From contig CAWFCQ010000007.1 of assembly GCA_963814375.1 (NCBI GenBank), forward strand, positions 32,001 to 96,000: a DNA stretch of 64,000 nucleotides, in the 5' to 3' direction. A program made the position numbers and the translations under genes. Positions within the stretch are counted from its first letter, which is position 1. The number at the start of each line of letters is the position of its first letter. The notes under the pieces were generated by a model. That model saw only the letters and a list, made by a program, of their open reading frames with translations, was not told the DNA's origin and did not search any database. Positions 1-10,261 of the stretch are shown piece by piece. This DNA comes from an uncultured Chloroflexia bacterium. GTDB taxonomy: Bacteria; Chloroflexota; Limnocylindria; QHBO01.

Positions 1-508
1 CCGCGCGCCCGAAGGTTCGGGTTGAGCGTGCCGACCGCGTCCACCAGCTCGAGCGCGGCGCGAACGGCGCGTTCGGCGTCATCCTCGTGCGCGATCGGGG
101 TGCCCCAGACCGCCATCACCGCGTCGCCGATGAACTTCTCGACCGTCCCGCCATGCAGCGTGATGATCCCGGTCGCCCGTTCGAAGTACTTGCTGAGCAG
201 CTCGCGGACCGCCTCGGGGTCCCGATCCTCCGCCAGGGTCGTGAACCCGACGAGATCGGTGAAGAGGACGGTCACGACCCGGCGCTCGGCGCTCCGTTCC
301 TGGTTGCTGCGTTTGCGGCTCCGTGGCGGTCGCGACCGGCGGCGGACGTGGCGGCACCGGCGAAGGCGTGGCCGCAGCTGGCGCAGAAGCGGGCGTCCGA
401 CCGATTCGTGGCGCCGCAGCTCGGGCAGGCGGCCTCGAGGGCCGTCCCACAGCTATCGCAGAAGCGGCTCCCGGGACGGTTCTCGGTCCCACACGACGAG
501 CAGCGCAA
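1..508 (-). CDS. Class III adenylate/guanylate cyclase with N-terminal double zinc ribbon (runs off window; frameshift ~280)
   Basis: GGAGG then TTG start at 508; CSSC/CDSC/CPSC/CASC; after the frameshift VTVLFTDLVGFT...VEKFIGDAVMAVWG...HEDDAERAVRAALE. Confidence 0.85.
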
Positions 509-611
509 CCTGGTTCCTCCGACAGATATGACGCGGAGCGTACTCCGCGACGCAACCCGATCGTAAGATGCGCGGCGTGGGGGTCGTGGCATCCATGGAC
601 GGAGGACCCGC

Positions 612-1082
612 ATGAGCTCGACAGCACCTGTGGCCGCGCCGATCGCCTACGGCGGGTTCTGGATCCGCTTGCTGGCCATCATCCTCGACGGGATCATCAT
701 CGCGGTCGTGACCGGAGCCCTCGCGCCGATCCTCGGGGTGGACAGCCTCATCCCGCCCACCCCGCCACCGACCGATCCTCCGCCGGGCATCAGCATCAAC
801 TTCCAGTTCAACGCGCTGGGAACGCTGTTCGGTCTCGTCTACTTCGTCGGTTTCTGGGCGTGGCGCGGGCAGACGCCGGGGATGATCCCGTTCCGGATGC
901 GCATCGTCCGCGCCGCCGATGGTTCACGACCCGACTGGGTGATCGCCCTGCTCCGCTACGTCGGGCTCATCATCTCGATCGTCGTCTTCCTCCTCGGCGT
1001 CATCTGGGCCGCCTTCGACGGCCGCAAGCAGGGCTGGCACGACAAGATCGCCGGCACTCTCGTGGTGCGCGATCCCGCCTGA
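612..1082 (+). CDS. RDD family membrane protein
   Basis: YGGFWIRLLAIILD...GQTPG...RKQGWHDKIAGTLVVR; GGAGG RBS. Confidence 0.9.
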   Translation: MSSTAPVAAPIAYGGFWIRLLAIILDGIIIAVVTGALAPILGVDSLIPPTPPPTDPPPGISINFQFNALGTLFGLVYFVGFWAWRGQTPGMIPFRMRIVRAADGSRPDWVIALLRYVGLIISIVVFLLGVIWAAFDGRKQGWHDKIAGTLVVRDPA

Positions 1083-1125
1083 CGACGGGTCGCATCGTGT
1101 CTGGCCGGCCGTGGCGCGGCGGCAT

Positions 1126-1255
1126 TTACCGGCTCGGGTAACCAACGGAGAGGACGGGCCCCAAACGGGTCCTTTCTGGTCTGGGATTTACTCGTACCGG
1201 TAAGCCGCGGCCATCCGGAGGGCATCGGATCGCCGTTAGTTACCGATATCGGTAA
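1126..1255. promoter_or_regulatory. Three palindromic TTACY-N6-GGTAA boxes (1126-1141, 1188-1203, 1240-1255), candidate upstream activator sites
   Basis: TTACCggctcgGGTAA, TTACTcgtaccGGTAA, TTACCgatatcGGTAA; spacing 62 and 52 bp. Confidence 0.55.
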
Positions 1256-1324
1256 AGCCGGTCCAGATTCGAACGGCACCCCGGCGAAAGATCAGGCCGT
1301 TGGTCGCCGAGAGAGTGAGCGGAG

Positions 1325-1340
1325 TGGCACGAGGGCTGCA
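1325..1340 (+). promoter_or_regulatory. sigma54-type -24/-12 promoter
   Basis: TGGCACGagggCTGCA, exact GG-N10-GC spacing, about 40 nt before ATG 1379. Confidence 0.6.
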
Positions 1341-1378
1341 ATTGCGTTGCTCTGAATCACCGCAGGGGGGAACCTCCG

Positions 1379-1939
1379 ATGGCGCAAACGCCACCCACCA
1401 ACTACGACGATCCGGCCACCACGACGCCGGGCTCCACCGAGACGCAGAGCCCGCTGGCCGAAGCCGGGCAGCAGGCCAAGGACGAGGCGGACCACCTCGC
1501 CACACGCGCAGCCGACATCGGCTTCAAGCAGGCCGATCGCGGACGCGAGCAGGCGGCTGACGGCGTCGCCAAGGTCGCCCAGACGATTCGGCGCGTCTCG
1601 AGCGACATCGAGGGCCAGCCCGCCATCGCCGATGCCGCGACCGGCGCGGCCGACCAGGCCGATCGTTTCGCCGCCTACCTGCGCGAGCATGACGCGCGCG
1701 ACATGATCAACTCCGTCGAGGATGCCGCTCGACGCCAGCCGCTCCTCTTCCTCGGCGCCGCGTTCGCGCTCGGCGTCGCCGCCTCCCGGCTGGTCAAGGC
1801 GGCCGGAAGTGGATCGGCCTCGGAGACCAAGAGCCGGAGTGCCTACGGCGGCGCGGCAAGCCTGGGGTCCAAGCCATACCGCGCCACCGGATCGGCCGGG
1901 CATAACGGCGGCGACGGCTTCGAGGGCGAGGGCATCTGA
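1379..1939 (+). CDS. Hypothetical Ala-rich stress-type protein with a ElaB/YqjD(DUF883)-like membrane anchor segment
   Basis: VEDAARRQPLLFLGAAFALGVAASRLVK; first gene of a 3-gene operon. Confidence 0.65.
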   Translation: MAQTPPTNYDDPATTTPGSTETQSPLAEAGQQAKDEADHLATRAADIGFKQADRGREQAADGVAKVAQTIRRVSSDIEGQPAIADAATGAADQADRFAAYLREHDARDMINSVEDAARRQPLLFLGAAFALGVAASRLVKAAGSGSASETKSRSAYGGAASLGSKPYRATGSAGHNGGDGFEGEGI

Positions 1940-1941
1940 CG

Positions 1942-2338
1942 ATGCGCGAACCTGACGAATCCCGCAGCCTGGGCGAGCTCTTCAGCGATCTCGGTCGACA
2001 GGTGAGCACGCTCGTCCGCGAGGAGATCAATCTCGCGCGCGTCGAGGTCACGTCGAGCGTCGGGCCAGCTTTCCCGTGGTGCCGTGATGGCCGCAGCGGG
2101 CGGCGTGCTGCTGTTCGCAGGGTTCCTCGTCCTGCTCGCCGCGGCGACATTCGCCCTGATCGACGCGGGCATGGATCCGTGGCTGGCGTCGCTCGTGGTC
2201 GCCGCCGTCGTTCTCATCGTCGGCGGGGTCGTCACCTGGATGGGCATCAACCAGATTCGCAGCGCGGAGCTGGCACCACGGCAGACGGTCGAGACCGTTC
2301 GCGAGAACGTCGAGCTCGTCAAGGAGTCGATGAAATGA
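1942..2338 (+). CDS. Holin-X/YhjD-like ('phage holin family') membrane protein, frameshift ~2070
   Basis: SLGELFSDLGRQVSTLVREEINLARVE, two TM helices, APRQTVETVREN. Confidence 0.8.
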
Positions 2339-3121
2339 CCGATGACCGACACGAGGCCGCGGTCGCAGATGCGACGGCGGACGAGATGGAGCGCATGAGC
2401 GACGACGAAGCTGCCGAGGTGACCGATATCCGAGCGGATATCGACGAGACGCAGGCCGAGATGAGCGGCACCCTGCGCGAGCTCGGCGACCGCCTCGAGC
2501 CTGGCCACCTCGTCAACGAAGCCAAGGAGAAGGTTCGCGACGCGACCGTCGGTCGTGTCGAGGACACCGCGAAGGGGGTCTCAGAGATGGTGATCGAGAC
2601 GATCAAGCGCAATCCGATCCCGGCCGCCATGGCCGGCGCCGGCCTCGCCCTGCTGTGGGCGAACCGATCGAATGGCCACACCCAGCCGACGCCGGGCGCC
2701 TACGGGAAGGAAACTCCCGGAGCCTTCGGCAAGTCCACGTCGAGCGGCCCGGGCGTCGGCGATCGCGTCGGCAACGTTGCGTCGAGCGTCGGCGACAGCG
2801 TCAGCGGCGCCGCCGACAAGGTCGGCCAGACGGCCGGCGACGTCGGCACGAACATCGGGCAGACCGCCGGCCAGGTCGGGGGCCAGCTCGAGAGCCTGAT
2901 GCAGGCAAGCCCTCTGGCGATGGGCGCCATCGCTGTTGGGGCCGGTGCCGTGGTCGGCGCCCTCATTCCCGGAGACGCCGCAGGAGCGCGAGTTCCTTGG
3001 AGACGCGGGGCAGCAGATCGGAGACACCGTCCGGCAGACCGTCGACAAGGCCGCCAGCGCAGCCGAGCAGGCGCTCGACCGGACCGAGGAGAACGTCGCG
3101 ACCGGCTCCACCGCCTATTGA
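2335..3121 (+). CDS. DUF3618-domain protein, frameshift ~2970
   Basis: IRADIDETQAEMSGTLRELGDRLEP...NPIPAAMAGAGLALL...PETPQERE; ATGA overlap with upstream gene. Confidence 0.75.
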
Positions 3122-3156
3122 TCGGCTAACTCTGATTTGGGGGTGCCCTCCCCTAC

Positions 3157-3194
3157 GGCCCCGGTTCCGCTTCGGCGGGCCGGGGCCTTTCGTT
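3157..3194 (+). terminator. Intrinsic terminator
   Basis: GGCCCCGGTTCCGC-TTCG-GCGGGCCGGGGCC followed by TTTCGTT. Confidence 0.8.
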
Positions 3195-3309
3195 CGGGCG
3201 TCCCTCGGCATGAGTCGCACGGGGTGACACCAAGTGACACATTCGGCGCCGGATTGCGTCACACCGGCGCAGATAGCCCACCATCCCGGACACACACCGA
3301 GGATCTGCC

Positions 3310-4572
3310 TTGAGCCGTCGCCTGGTGATCACCGTGGGAGCCGCGATCGCCGCGGTCGTTGCTGTCGCCGTCGCATTCGTGGTCTGGGGCGGCGAGGAGC
3401 CACCAGCCGCCAGCCCAACTCCGAGCGCCAGCGCGAGTCGTCAGCCATCGGCCAGCTCGAGTGCCAGCGCCAGCGCATCGGCCTCGCCTTCGGCCGCGCC
3501 GTCCGTCAGCCCGTCGCCGTCGGAAGCCGCGGGGCCACCCCAGGTTGCCTGGGAGCCTGTCGATGCCGTGGACGACGCCGCGGAGCTCTTCAACGTGGCC
3601 TTCGTCGACGGACGATGGTTTGCCGCTGGCGATATCGATGGGCTGCCAGCGATCTGGCGTAGCGGCGACGGTCGATCGTGGTCGCCGACGAACGTCACCA
3701 CGACGGTGACAGAAACCGAGTGGGCTTGGGTGTCCGACGTCGTCGCGCTGAATGGGACGCTCATCGCAATCGGTTCTTGGGGCGCCATCGAGTCCGACCA
3801 GGTCGCGTGGGCGACCTGGCGTTCCACCGACGGCGGCGCCAACTGGACCGAGGATCGGACCGATTCGGCCGCAGCCCGTGCCGTGACCGCGGGCGGACCG
3901 GGCCTGGCTGCAGCCGGGTGGGACTACTTCGGCATCTTGCCTTTCAACTCGTGGATGTCGCTGACCGCCGATGGCCAGACGTGGGCACGGGTCGACTCCG
4001 ACTCCCTTGTCAACTCGGAGGTGCATGCGCTGACCGTTCTCGGCGAACGGCTCATCGCGGTCGGTAATCGGTCAACCCCGTCGGGGTACGCGCCCGCCGC
4101 TTGGGTCTCGGACGACGCAGGGGAGACATGGCGGCTGACCGAGCCTGGCTCGCCGTCCGTCGATTCGTTGGGCTCCGTCAGCGACATCACTCTCCTCGGC
4201 GATGTGGCCGTGGCGGTCGGCCGCAGCGGCGACGCCCAAAGCAGCACACCGTTTGCATGGCTGTCCACCGATGGCGAGACCTGGCGCCAGGAGGTGATGG
4301 GCGAGGACGCCACCGCGAATGCCATCTCGGTCGTCGACGGCGGCCTCGTCGCCGTCGGTAATGGCAGCGGCCTTGATCCCGGCCCCGAGGTTGCGTGGAC
4401 CTCCGCGGACGGCATCCTGTGGGCGGAGTCGGGGCCGCTGTCGGCTGGCAGCGGCGTCCGTGGGCTGAGCGGCGCGGCCGGTGCCGGCGACGTGGTCATC
4501 GCCAGCGTCACCTGCCGAGGTGATCCGTGCGGCCCCCGTATCTGGCGCGGCGAGGTCTCGGCGGCTCCCTGA
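3310..4572 (+). CDS. Exported/membrane-anchored Asp-box (BNR) beta-propeller protein
   Basis: N-terminal TM, Ser/Pro linker, six SxDGxxW-type repeats. Confidence 0.75.
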   Translation: MSRRLVITVGAAIAAVVAVAVAFVVWGGEEPPAASPTPSASASRQPSASSSASASASASPSAAPSVSPSPSEAAGPPQVAWEPVDAVDDAAELFNVAFVDGRWFAAGDIDGLPAIWRSGDGRSWSPTNVTTTVTETEWAWVSDVVALNGTLIAIGSWGAIESDQVAWATWRSTDGGANWTEDRTDSAAARAVTAGGPGLAAAGWDYFGILPFNSWMSLTADGQTWARVDSDSLVNSEVHALTVLGERLIAVGNRSTPSGYAPAAWVSDDAGETWRLTEPGSPSVDSLGSVSDITLLGDVAVAVGRSGDAQSSTPFAWLSTDGETWRQEVMGEDATANAISVVDGGLVAVGNGSGLDPGPEVAWTSADGILWAESGPLSAGSGVRGLSGAAGAGDVVIASVTCRGDPCGPRIWRGEVSAAP

Positions 4573-4582
4573 CGGCGCGACG

Positions 4583-5396
4583 TCAGCGCACCAGGGGGAC
4601 GCGCGGATCCGGCTCCAGCGAAGCCCACGACGGCTCGCACGTGGTCGAGCGCAGGGTCGAACGAGCAGGCCATGGTTCGCACGTCGCCGGCGAGGGCGTT
4701 GAGGTAGTAGGCATCGTCGCCGTGGGTGGCGACGAACGGGTGGTAGCCGTCGCGCACGATGACGGTTTCGCCATCCCGCACCGCCCACAGGCCCTCGACC
4801 GAGCCGCCGTAGAGACGCTGAACGCCCCAGGCATCGGCGCGGCGGAACCGGTAGTGGTAGACCTCCTCGAGGATCGCCTCGCGCGGCATGTCATCGGTGT
4901 CGTGCTTGTGCGGCGGCCAGGAGCTCCAGTTGCCCGAAGGGGTGAAGACCTCGACCACCTCGAGGCGATCGGCCGGGAACTCGGGCGTGATGATGTGGTT
5001 GATCTGGCGCGTCGCGTTGCCCGCGCCACGCACCTCGACGCGGACGTCTTCCGGGCCGATCCGGACCGGCGCATCGGCCGTGGCACGCCCCGAGGCCGGC
5101 GCGCTTGCGACCGCCACCGTCAGCGGGCCGTCGAGCGGCTCGACGGTCGCGACTTGACCGGGCGGCAGGTACACCGCCGATGGCAGCCCGTCCCAGACCG
5201 ATGCGCGCCCGGCAAGCTCGAGCTGACCGACGCGGAACGCACCTCCGCCCAACCCGACGATCGCCGTTTCGGTGTCGGGAGCACCGACCTGCATCGGCTG
5301 TGACAGCTCGTGGACGGCGAACGAGAGGTAGCGCCAGCCGGCCCGCTCGGGCGTCACGACCTCGCCGGGCGGCAGGCGCAGGTCGGGATCGGTCAC
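4583..5396 (-). CDS. iolB: 5-deoxy-glucuronate isomerase, frameshift near C-terminus
   Basis: EVFTPSGNWSSWPPHKHD, EEVYHY, GYHP, YYLNALAG. Confidence 0.9.
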
Positions 5397-6465
5397 GCCA
5401 GGAGCGCCTCGCCCGACGAGGTGCAGCAGCTCGTGATACGAGCCGATGAAGGTGCGCAGCGTCTTGACGGTCGGGCCCCACGAGTCGAACTCGGAGACCG
5501 CAAGGCCGTCCGGCTCGAACGCCCGCACGAAGTCGGGCAGCGCGCGCAGCTCCTCGATGATGGGATGGATCGACCGGGTCGTCGATGCGCGGCCGAACGG
5601 CGACCGACGAGGCATTGAATCGCCGCTGCCAGGCCGGCGGCAGCGTGATGACGACGTCGCCGCCGATCAGCTCCGACCAGTGCAGCTGATGCCGGATGGC
5701 GGCGCCGAGGAGGCGAGCACGGAACCCGCGCGACGGCCACTCGGCGAGCGCACGCTTGAAGACGGCGATCCCCGACCACGGCAGCGCCGATGGGTGAACG
5801 GTGAGCCCGTCGCGGTCGACGATCTCGCGCAGCCAGTCCTCGAGGCGGCCCATCATGATCGTGATGACCGGCCCCATCCGATCGGTCGGAAGGTCCTCGG
5901 CGTCGCGGCGTCGCAGGCCGCGCTCGACGGCATCGGCGGCCGCGAGCGCCTGGGCGACGGAGAACGACACCGTCGCGTTGATGCTGATGCCGCGGTACGT
6001 CGCCTCCTCCATCGCCGCCACCCCGGCGCTGGTGGTCGGGAACTTGACGATGACGTTCGGCGCCAGCTCGGAGAAGGCGAAGGCCTGGGTCACCATGGCG
6101 GGAGCGTCGCGGAAAAGGGTCGGATCGGTCTGGATGCTGAGCCGGCCGGCGCGCCCGCCGGAGGCCTCGAAGGCCGGCATGAGCAGGGGCGCGGCTCGCA
6201 CGCTCATCTCGGCCACGATCCCCCACGCCAGCTCGCGCTCCGACCATGCGGGCTGCTCGGCGCCCAGCTGCCGCACCCGGGTGGCCCAGTGATCCGGGTC
6301 CTTGCGCCAGTTGTCGACCACGATCGTCGGGTTGGCGGTGGCGCCGACCGCGCCGAAGCCGACAGCGTAGGCGAGCTCGTCGACGTTGCAGCTGTCGTTC
6401 CAGATGTCGGTCGCGGTCTCGGCGATCGTGCGGCCGAGCGGCGTATCGGTCAGGGTGGCTGCCAT
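5393..6465 (-). CDS. Transaldolase/FSA-family protein with atypical active site, frameshifts ~5570 and ~5410
   Basis: WNDS, GATANPTIV, RLSIQTDP, NVIVKFP (Schiff-base Lys), INATVSFS, TIMMGRLEDW; coupled to iolB. Confidence 0.85.
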
Positions 6466-6503
6466 GAGTGCCCCGATGGTAGACCGCGCCTAGAATCGGG
6501 ACC

Positions 6504-8288
6504 ATGCCACCCCAGCGCCTGACCGGCGCCGAGATCGTCGTCAAGTTCCTCGCGCGTGCGGGCGTGCGACACGCGGCCGGCATCCCCGGCCACGGGGCAT
6601 GGACCCTGACCGATGCGCTCCTCGACTGTCCCGAGATCCGCACGGTCCAGGTCATGCACGAGCAGTCCGCCGTCCACCTCGCCGATGGCTACTACCGAGC
6701 GTCCGGTCAGCCGATGCTGGCCTTCACCTCCATCGGGCCCGGGGCCACGAACACGGTGATCGGGATGGCCACCGCCTACGTGGACTCCACCGCGGTCGCG
6801 CTGTTCACCGGCTCGACGCACACGTACATGCGGGGTCACGGCGTGCTCCAGGAGCTCGAGCGCCGGCACGCCGCCGACAACCCGCGCATCTTCGAGCCGG
6901 TCGTCAAGGAGTGGTGGCAGCCGTCGCGCGTGGACGACCTGCCCTTCGTCCTCCACCGCGCCTGGAATGCGATGACTACCGGGCGACCCGGCCCCGTTCT
7001 GCTCGACGTGCCGATGGACGTCCAGGCGGCGACCGCCGAGGTCAACCTCCCCGAGCTGGCGCAGCGAGAGGCGCGCGGCCGCCCACGCCCGGACGCGGAC
7101 GCCGTCGAACGCGCCGCCCGGCTGCTGGCCGATGCACGCCGCCCGGTGATCGTGGCCGGAGGCGGCGTCATCGGGGCCGACGCGACCGCCGAGCTGCGCG
7201 CCGTCGCGGAGCGGCTCGGCGCGCCGGTCGTGACGACCTGGAACGGGAAGGGCGCGATCGACGAGACCCATCCGCTGGCAGGCCAGACGATCGGCGACAC
7301 CGGATCGACCATCGGCAATGCGCTGGCGGCCACGGCCGACGTGATCCTGAGCGTCGGGTGCCGCTTCGTGGACTGGTCGACGTCCTCGTGGCGTGCGGGC
7401 GTGACCTTCGCGATCCCGCCGACCCAGCTCATCCAGCTCGACATCGACGAGCGCGAGATCGGCAAGAACTATCCCGTCGCCGTCCCGCTCGTGGCCGATG
7501 CGCGCGCCGGGCTGGCCGATCTGCTCGACGCGCTCGGAGGCGGCGAGCCGAGCACGGATTACGGCGACGAGATCGATCGGCTGCGCGAAGCCTGGCGAGA
7601 GCAGATCGAGGTGAAGTCCGGCTCCGACGCGAGGCCGATGACGATGGCGCGGGCCGTGCGGGAGGTGCAGGCCGCAACCCGGCCGGATGCGATCGTGGTG
7701 ACCGGCGCCGGCCTGCCGCAGGGCATGGTCAAGCAGCGCTGGGTCACGCGCGAGCCGCGCACCCACATCACCTCGGGTGGCTTCAGCACGATGGGCTTCA
7801 CGCTCCCCGCGGCCATCGGCGCGCAGCTGGCTCGACCGGAGGCGCAGGTGCTCGCGATCTGCGGCGACGGCGACTTCCTTCAGTCGATGCAGGAGCTCGC
7901 ATCGGCGGCGATGCTCGGGACGCCGGTCTGCACGGTCGTGCTCGACAACTCGGGCTGGATCAGCATCAAGGGCGGGCAGCAGGCGCACTTCGGCCGGACC
8001 GCGATCACCGACTTCATGCGCGACGGGGCGCCGTACTCGCCCGACTTCGGGGCCATCGGTCGCGCATTCGGTATCCACGCCGAGGTCGCCGACGCGCCCG
8101 ATGAGGTGCGACCCGCCGTCGAACGCGCCCTGGCCTCGGGCGGGCCGTCGCTCGTCCATGTGAAGGTCGACCGCGACCTGGCCGTGGCCGGTCCCGACAA
8201 GACGGGCTGGTGGGACGTGCCGGTGCCCGAGGGCCGCCCCGTCTACGACGAGCAGCTGGCCGGAAGGGCCGAGGAGCAGCACCGGTGA
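6504..8288 (+). CDS. iolD: ThDP-dependent enzyme, IolD-like trihydroxycyclohexanedione acylhydrolase
   Basis: GIPGHG, HEQSA, TSIGPGATN, VLQELE, GDGDF...DNSG ThDP motif; adjacent to iolE/iolG/iolB. Confidence 0.7.
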   Translation: MPPQRLTGAEIVVKFLARAGVRHAAGIPGHGAWTLTDALLDCPEIRTVQVMHEQSAVHLADGYYRASGQPMLAFTSIGPGATNTVIGMATAYVDSTAVALFTGSTHTYMRGHGVLQELERRHAADNPRIFEPVVKEWWQPSRVDDLPFVLHRAWNAMTTGRPGPVLLDVPMDVQAATAEVNLPELAQREARGRPRPDADAVERAARLLADARRPVIVAGGGVIGADATAELRAVAERLGAPVVTTWNGKGAIDETHPLAGQTIGDTGSTIGNALAATADVILSVGCRFVDWSTSSWRAGVTFAIPPTQLIQLDIDEREIGKNYPVAVPLVADARAGLADLLDALGGGEPSTDYGDEIDRLREAWREQIEVKSGSDARPMTMARAVREVQAATRPDAIVVTGAGLPQGMVKQRWVTREPRTHITSGGFSTMGFTLPAAIGAQLARPEAQVLAICGDGDFLQSMQELASAAMLGTPVCTVVLDNSGWISIKGGQQAHFGRTAITDFMRDGAPYSPDFGAIGRAFGIHAEVADAPDEVRPAVERALASGGPSLVHVKVDRDLAVAGPDKTGWWDVPVPEGRPVYDEQLAGRAEEQHR

Positions 8289-9181
8289 GCCTGCGCGACG
8301 CGCCCGTCGGCTACGTGCCGATCGTCTGGAACAACGCCGACCTCTTCGATCTCGCGCCCGAGACGGCGGCGGAGACGGTGCTCGACGAGATCGCGCGCAT
8401 CGGCTATTCGGGGACCCAGTTCGGCCGCGGCTTTCCCGAGGGCGAGGAGCTGCGCGGCGAGCTCGAGCGTCGCGGGCTGCGATTGGCCGAGCTGTACTCG
8501 GCGCTGGGCTCGTCGCCGCAGGGCCTTGGGCCGGATGCGGCGCGGACCGCGCACCACGACCTGGCACGTCTGAAGGCGGCGGGAGGCGAGGTCCTGGTCG
8601 TGGCCCTCGACGGCGGAGGGGAGCGCGACGAGTGGAGCGGGCGCGTCGCCGATGGCGCACCTCGATGGCCCGACCGCGCCTTCGACGAGCTCGGCGCTCT
8701 GCTCGGCCGGTTGGCCGAGGCGGCGCCCGAGGGCGTCCGTGTCGCCTTCCACCCGCACCTGGCGACATGGATCGAGGCGCCCGACGAGGTGGATCGGCTG
8801 GCGGCCGCGCTGGAGGGGACCGGAGCCGGGCTGTGCCTGGACGTGGGCCACTATCTCGCGGGCGGCGGCGACCCGGTCGAGGCGATTCGGCGCCACGGGG
8901 ACCTCGTCACCCACGTCCATCTCAAGGACGTCGATCCGGCAGTCCTCGAGCGACTCAGGGCCGGCGAGCTCGAGAGCCTGGCGCTGGCGACCCGTGAGCG
9001 GATCTTCACCGAGCTCGGCAACGGGGCGCTCGACCTCGACGGCGTACTGCGCGAGCTCGACCGCGCCGGGTTCACCGGCTGGATGATGGTCGAGCAGGAT
9101 TCCTCGTGGCTGCCGCCGTCGGAGGCCGCGGCCATCGGCAGGCGCGTCCTGCGCTTCGCCATGCGAAGGCTCGAGGCGTGA
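8285..9181 (+). CDS. iolE: myo-inosose-2 dehydratase (TIM barrel)
   Basis: PIVWNN, FHPH, LDVGH, HVHLKD, FTELGNG, GWMMVEQD. Confidence 0.8.
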   Translation: MSLRDAPVGYVPIVWNNADLFDLAPETAAETVLDEIARIGYSGTQFGRGFPEGEELRGELERRGLRLAELYSALGSSPQGLGPDAARTAHHDLARLKAAGGEVLVVALDGGGERDEWSGRVADGAPRWPDRAFDELGALLGRLAEAAPEGVRVAFHPHLATWIEAPDEVDRLAAALEGTGAGLCLDVGHYLAGGGDPVEAIRRHGDLVTHVHLKDVDPAVLERLRAGELESLALATRERIFTELGNGALDLDGVLRELDRAGFTGWMMVEQDSSWLPPSEAAAIGRRVLRFAMRRLEA

Positions 9182-10185
9182 AGGTCGCCGTCGTCGGCGC
9201 CGGCACCATGGGCGCCCTCCACGCTCAGCTGCTGGCCGAGACCGAAGACGTCGAGACCGTGCTCGTCGTCGACGTCGATCAGGGTCGGGCAAGCGAGGAG
9301 GCGGCGCGCATCGGCGGACGGGCGGCCTCCTTCGAGGAGGCGCTGACGGAGGCCGATGCCGTCGTGATCTCAACGCCGCCGCAGTTCCACGAGCAGCAGG
9401 TCACCGCCGCGATCGAGGCGGGCCTCCACGTCATGTGCGAGAAGCCGCTGACCGACCGCCTGGACTCGACGCTGGCGCTGGCGGAGCGCATCGAGTCGGA
9501 GGGCGCGCACGTCGAGGTCGGCTTCCAGCGACGCCACGATGCCGGCTTCCGCAGGGCACGCGAAGGGATCTCGGGCCGCATCCACGTCGTGCGGCTGACC
9601 GCGCACGATCCGATCGGATCGCCGCAGCCGCCACCTTCCGGCGACCCACCGGAGACCGCGCCGATCTTCCGCGACTCGTCGATCCATGACTTCGACGTCG
9701 TCCGCTGGCTCACCGGGCAGGAGGTCACCGAGGTCGCGGTCGAGGCCGGCCGCCGCGATGGGCGACGCCCCACCGATCCGCGCGAGATCGAGAGCGCGGG
9801 GGTGACGATGCGGCTGTCGGGCGGCGGGATCGCGATCCTGGAGGCGAGCTGGCTGCATCCGGCCGGCTACGACGTCCGGCTCGAGGTCATCTCCGAGGGC
9901 TCGGCGGTGAGCGGCGGCCTCTCGGCGCGCACGCCGACGCGCCACGCCGACTGGGACGAGCCCAACGCCGGCTGGGCCGGCTACCTCGAGCGGTTCGAGG
10001 CTGCCTATCGGGCCGAGCTCGTCGACTTCCTGGCGTGCTGCCGGGGCGTGCGTCCCGCCTTCAGCACCGCGCGAGACGGCGTCGAGGCGATGCGGATCGC
10101 CGTCGCCGCGACCCGAGCGTTCTCGGAGCGTCGCCTCGTGCGGCTCGACGAGATCCCTGGTCTCCCGCGGCGAGAGGTGGCCTGA
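9178..10185 (+). CDS. iolG: Gfo/Idh/MocA inositol 2-dehydrogenase
   Basis: GAGTMG, CEKP, GFQRRHD, DSSIHDFD, GYDVRLEV. Confidence 0.8.
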   Translation: MKVAVVGAGTMGALHAQLLAETEDVETVLVVDVDQGRASEEAARIGGRAASFEEALTEADAVVISTPPQFHEQQVTAAIEAGLHVMCEKPLTDRLDSTLALAERIESEGAHVEVGFQRRHDAGFRRAREGISGRIHVVRLTAHDPIGSPQPPPSGDPPETAPIFRDSSIHDFDVVRWLTGQEVTEVAVEAGRRDGRRPTDPREIESAGVTMRLSGGGIAILEASWLHPAGYDVRLEVISEGSAVSGGLSARTPTRHADWDEPNAGWAGYLERFEAAYRAELVDFLACCRGVRPAFSTARDGVEAMRIAVAATRAFSERRLVRLDEIPGLPRREVA

Positions 10186-10199
10186 GAGGCGTCAGGCTT

Positions 10200-10220
10200 T
10201 TTGTGCTTCTCATCGACAAA
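10200..10220. promoter_or_regulatory. Candidate ROK (XylR) operator upstream of xylA
   Basis: TTTGT-N11-ACAAA inverted repeat; similar site at 17917. Confidence 0.55.
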
Positions 10221-10261
10221 CGTCTCTGGTACCGTCGATGAGACCGCCCAAGGAGCACCTC

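Noticed and set aside
1942-2338. Prophage inferred from the 'phage holin family' gene
   Set aside because: This family is commonly chromosomal alongside DUF3618 genes, and no phage genes are nearby.
3224-3262. GTGACAC direct repeat and GG-N9-GC upstream of the Asp-box gene
   Set aside because: Spacing does not fit sigma54 or CRP consensus, and a single short instance is too weak to support.
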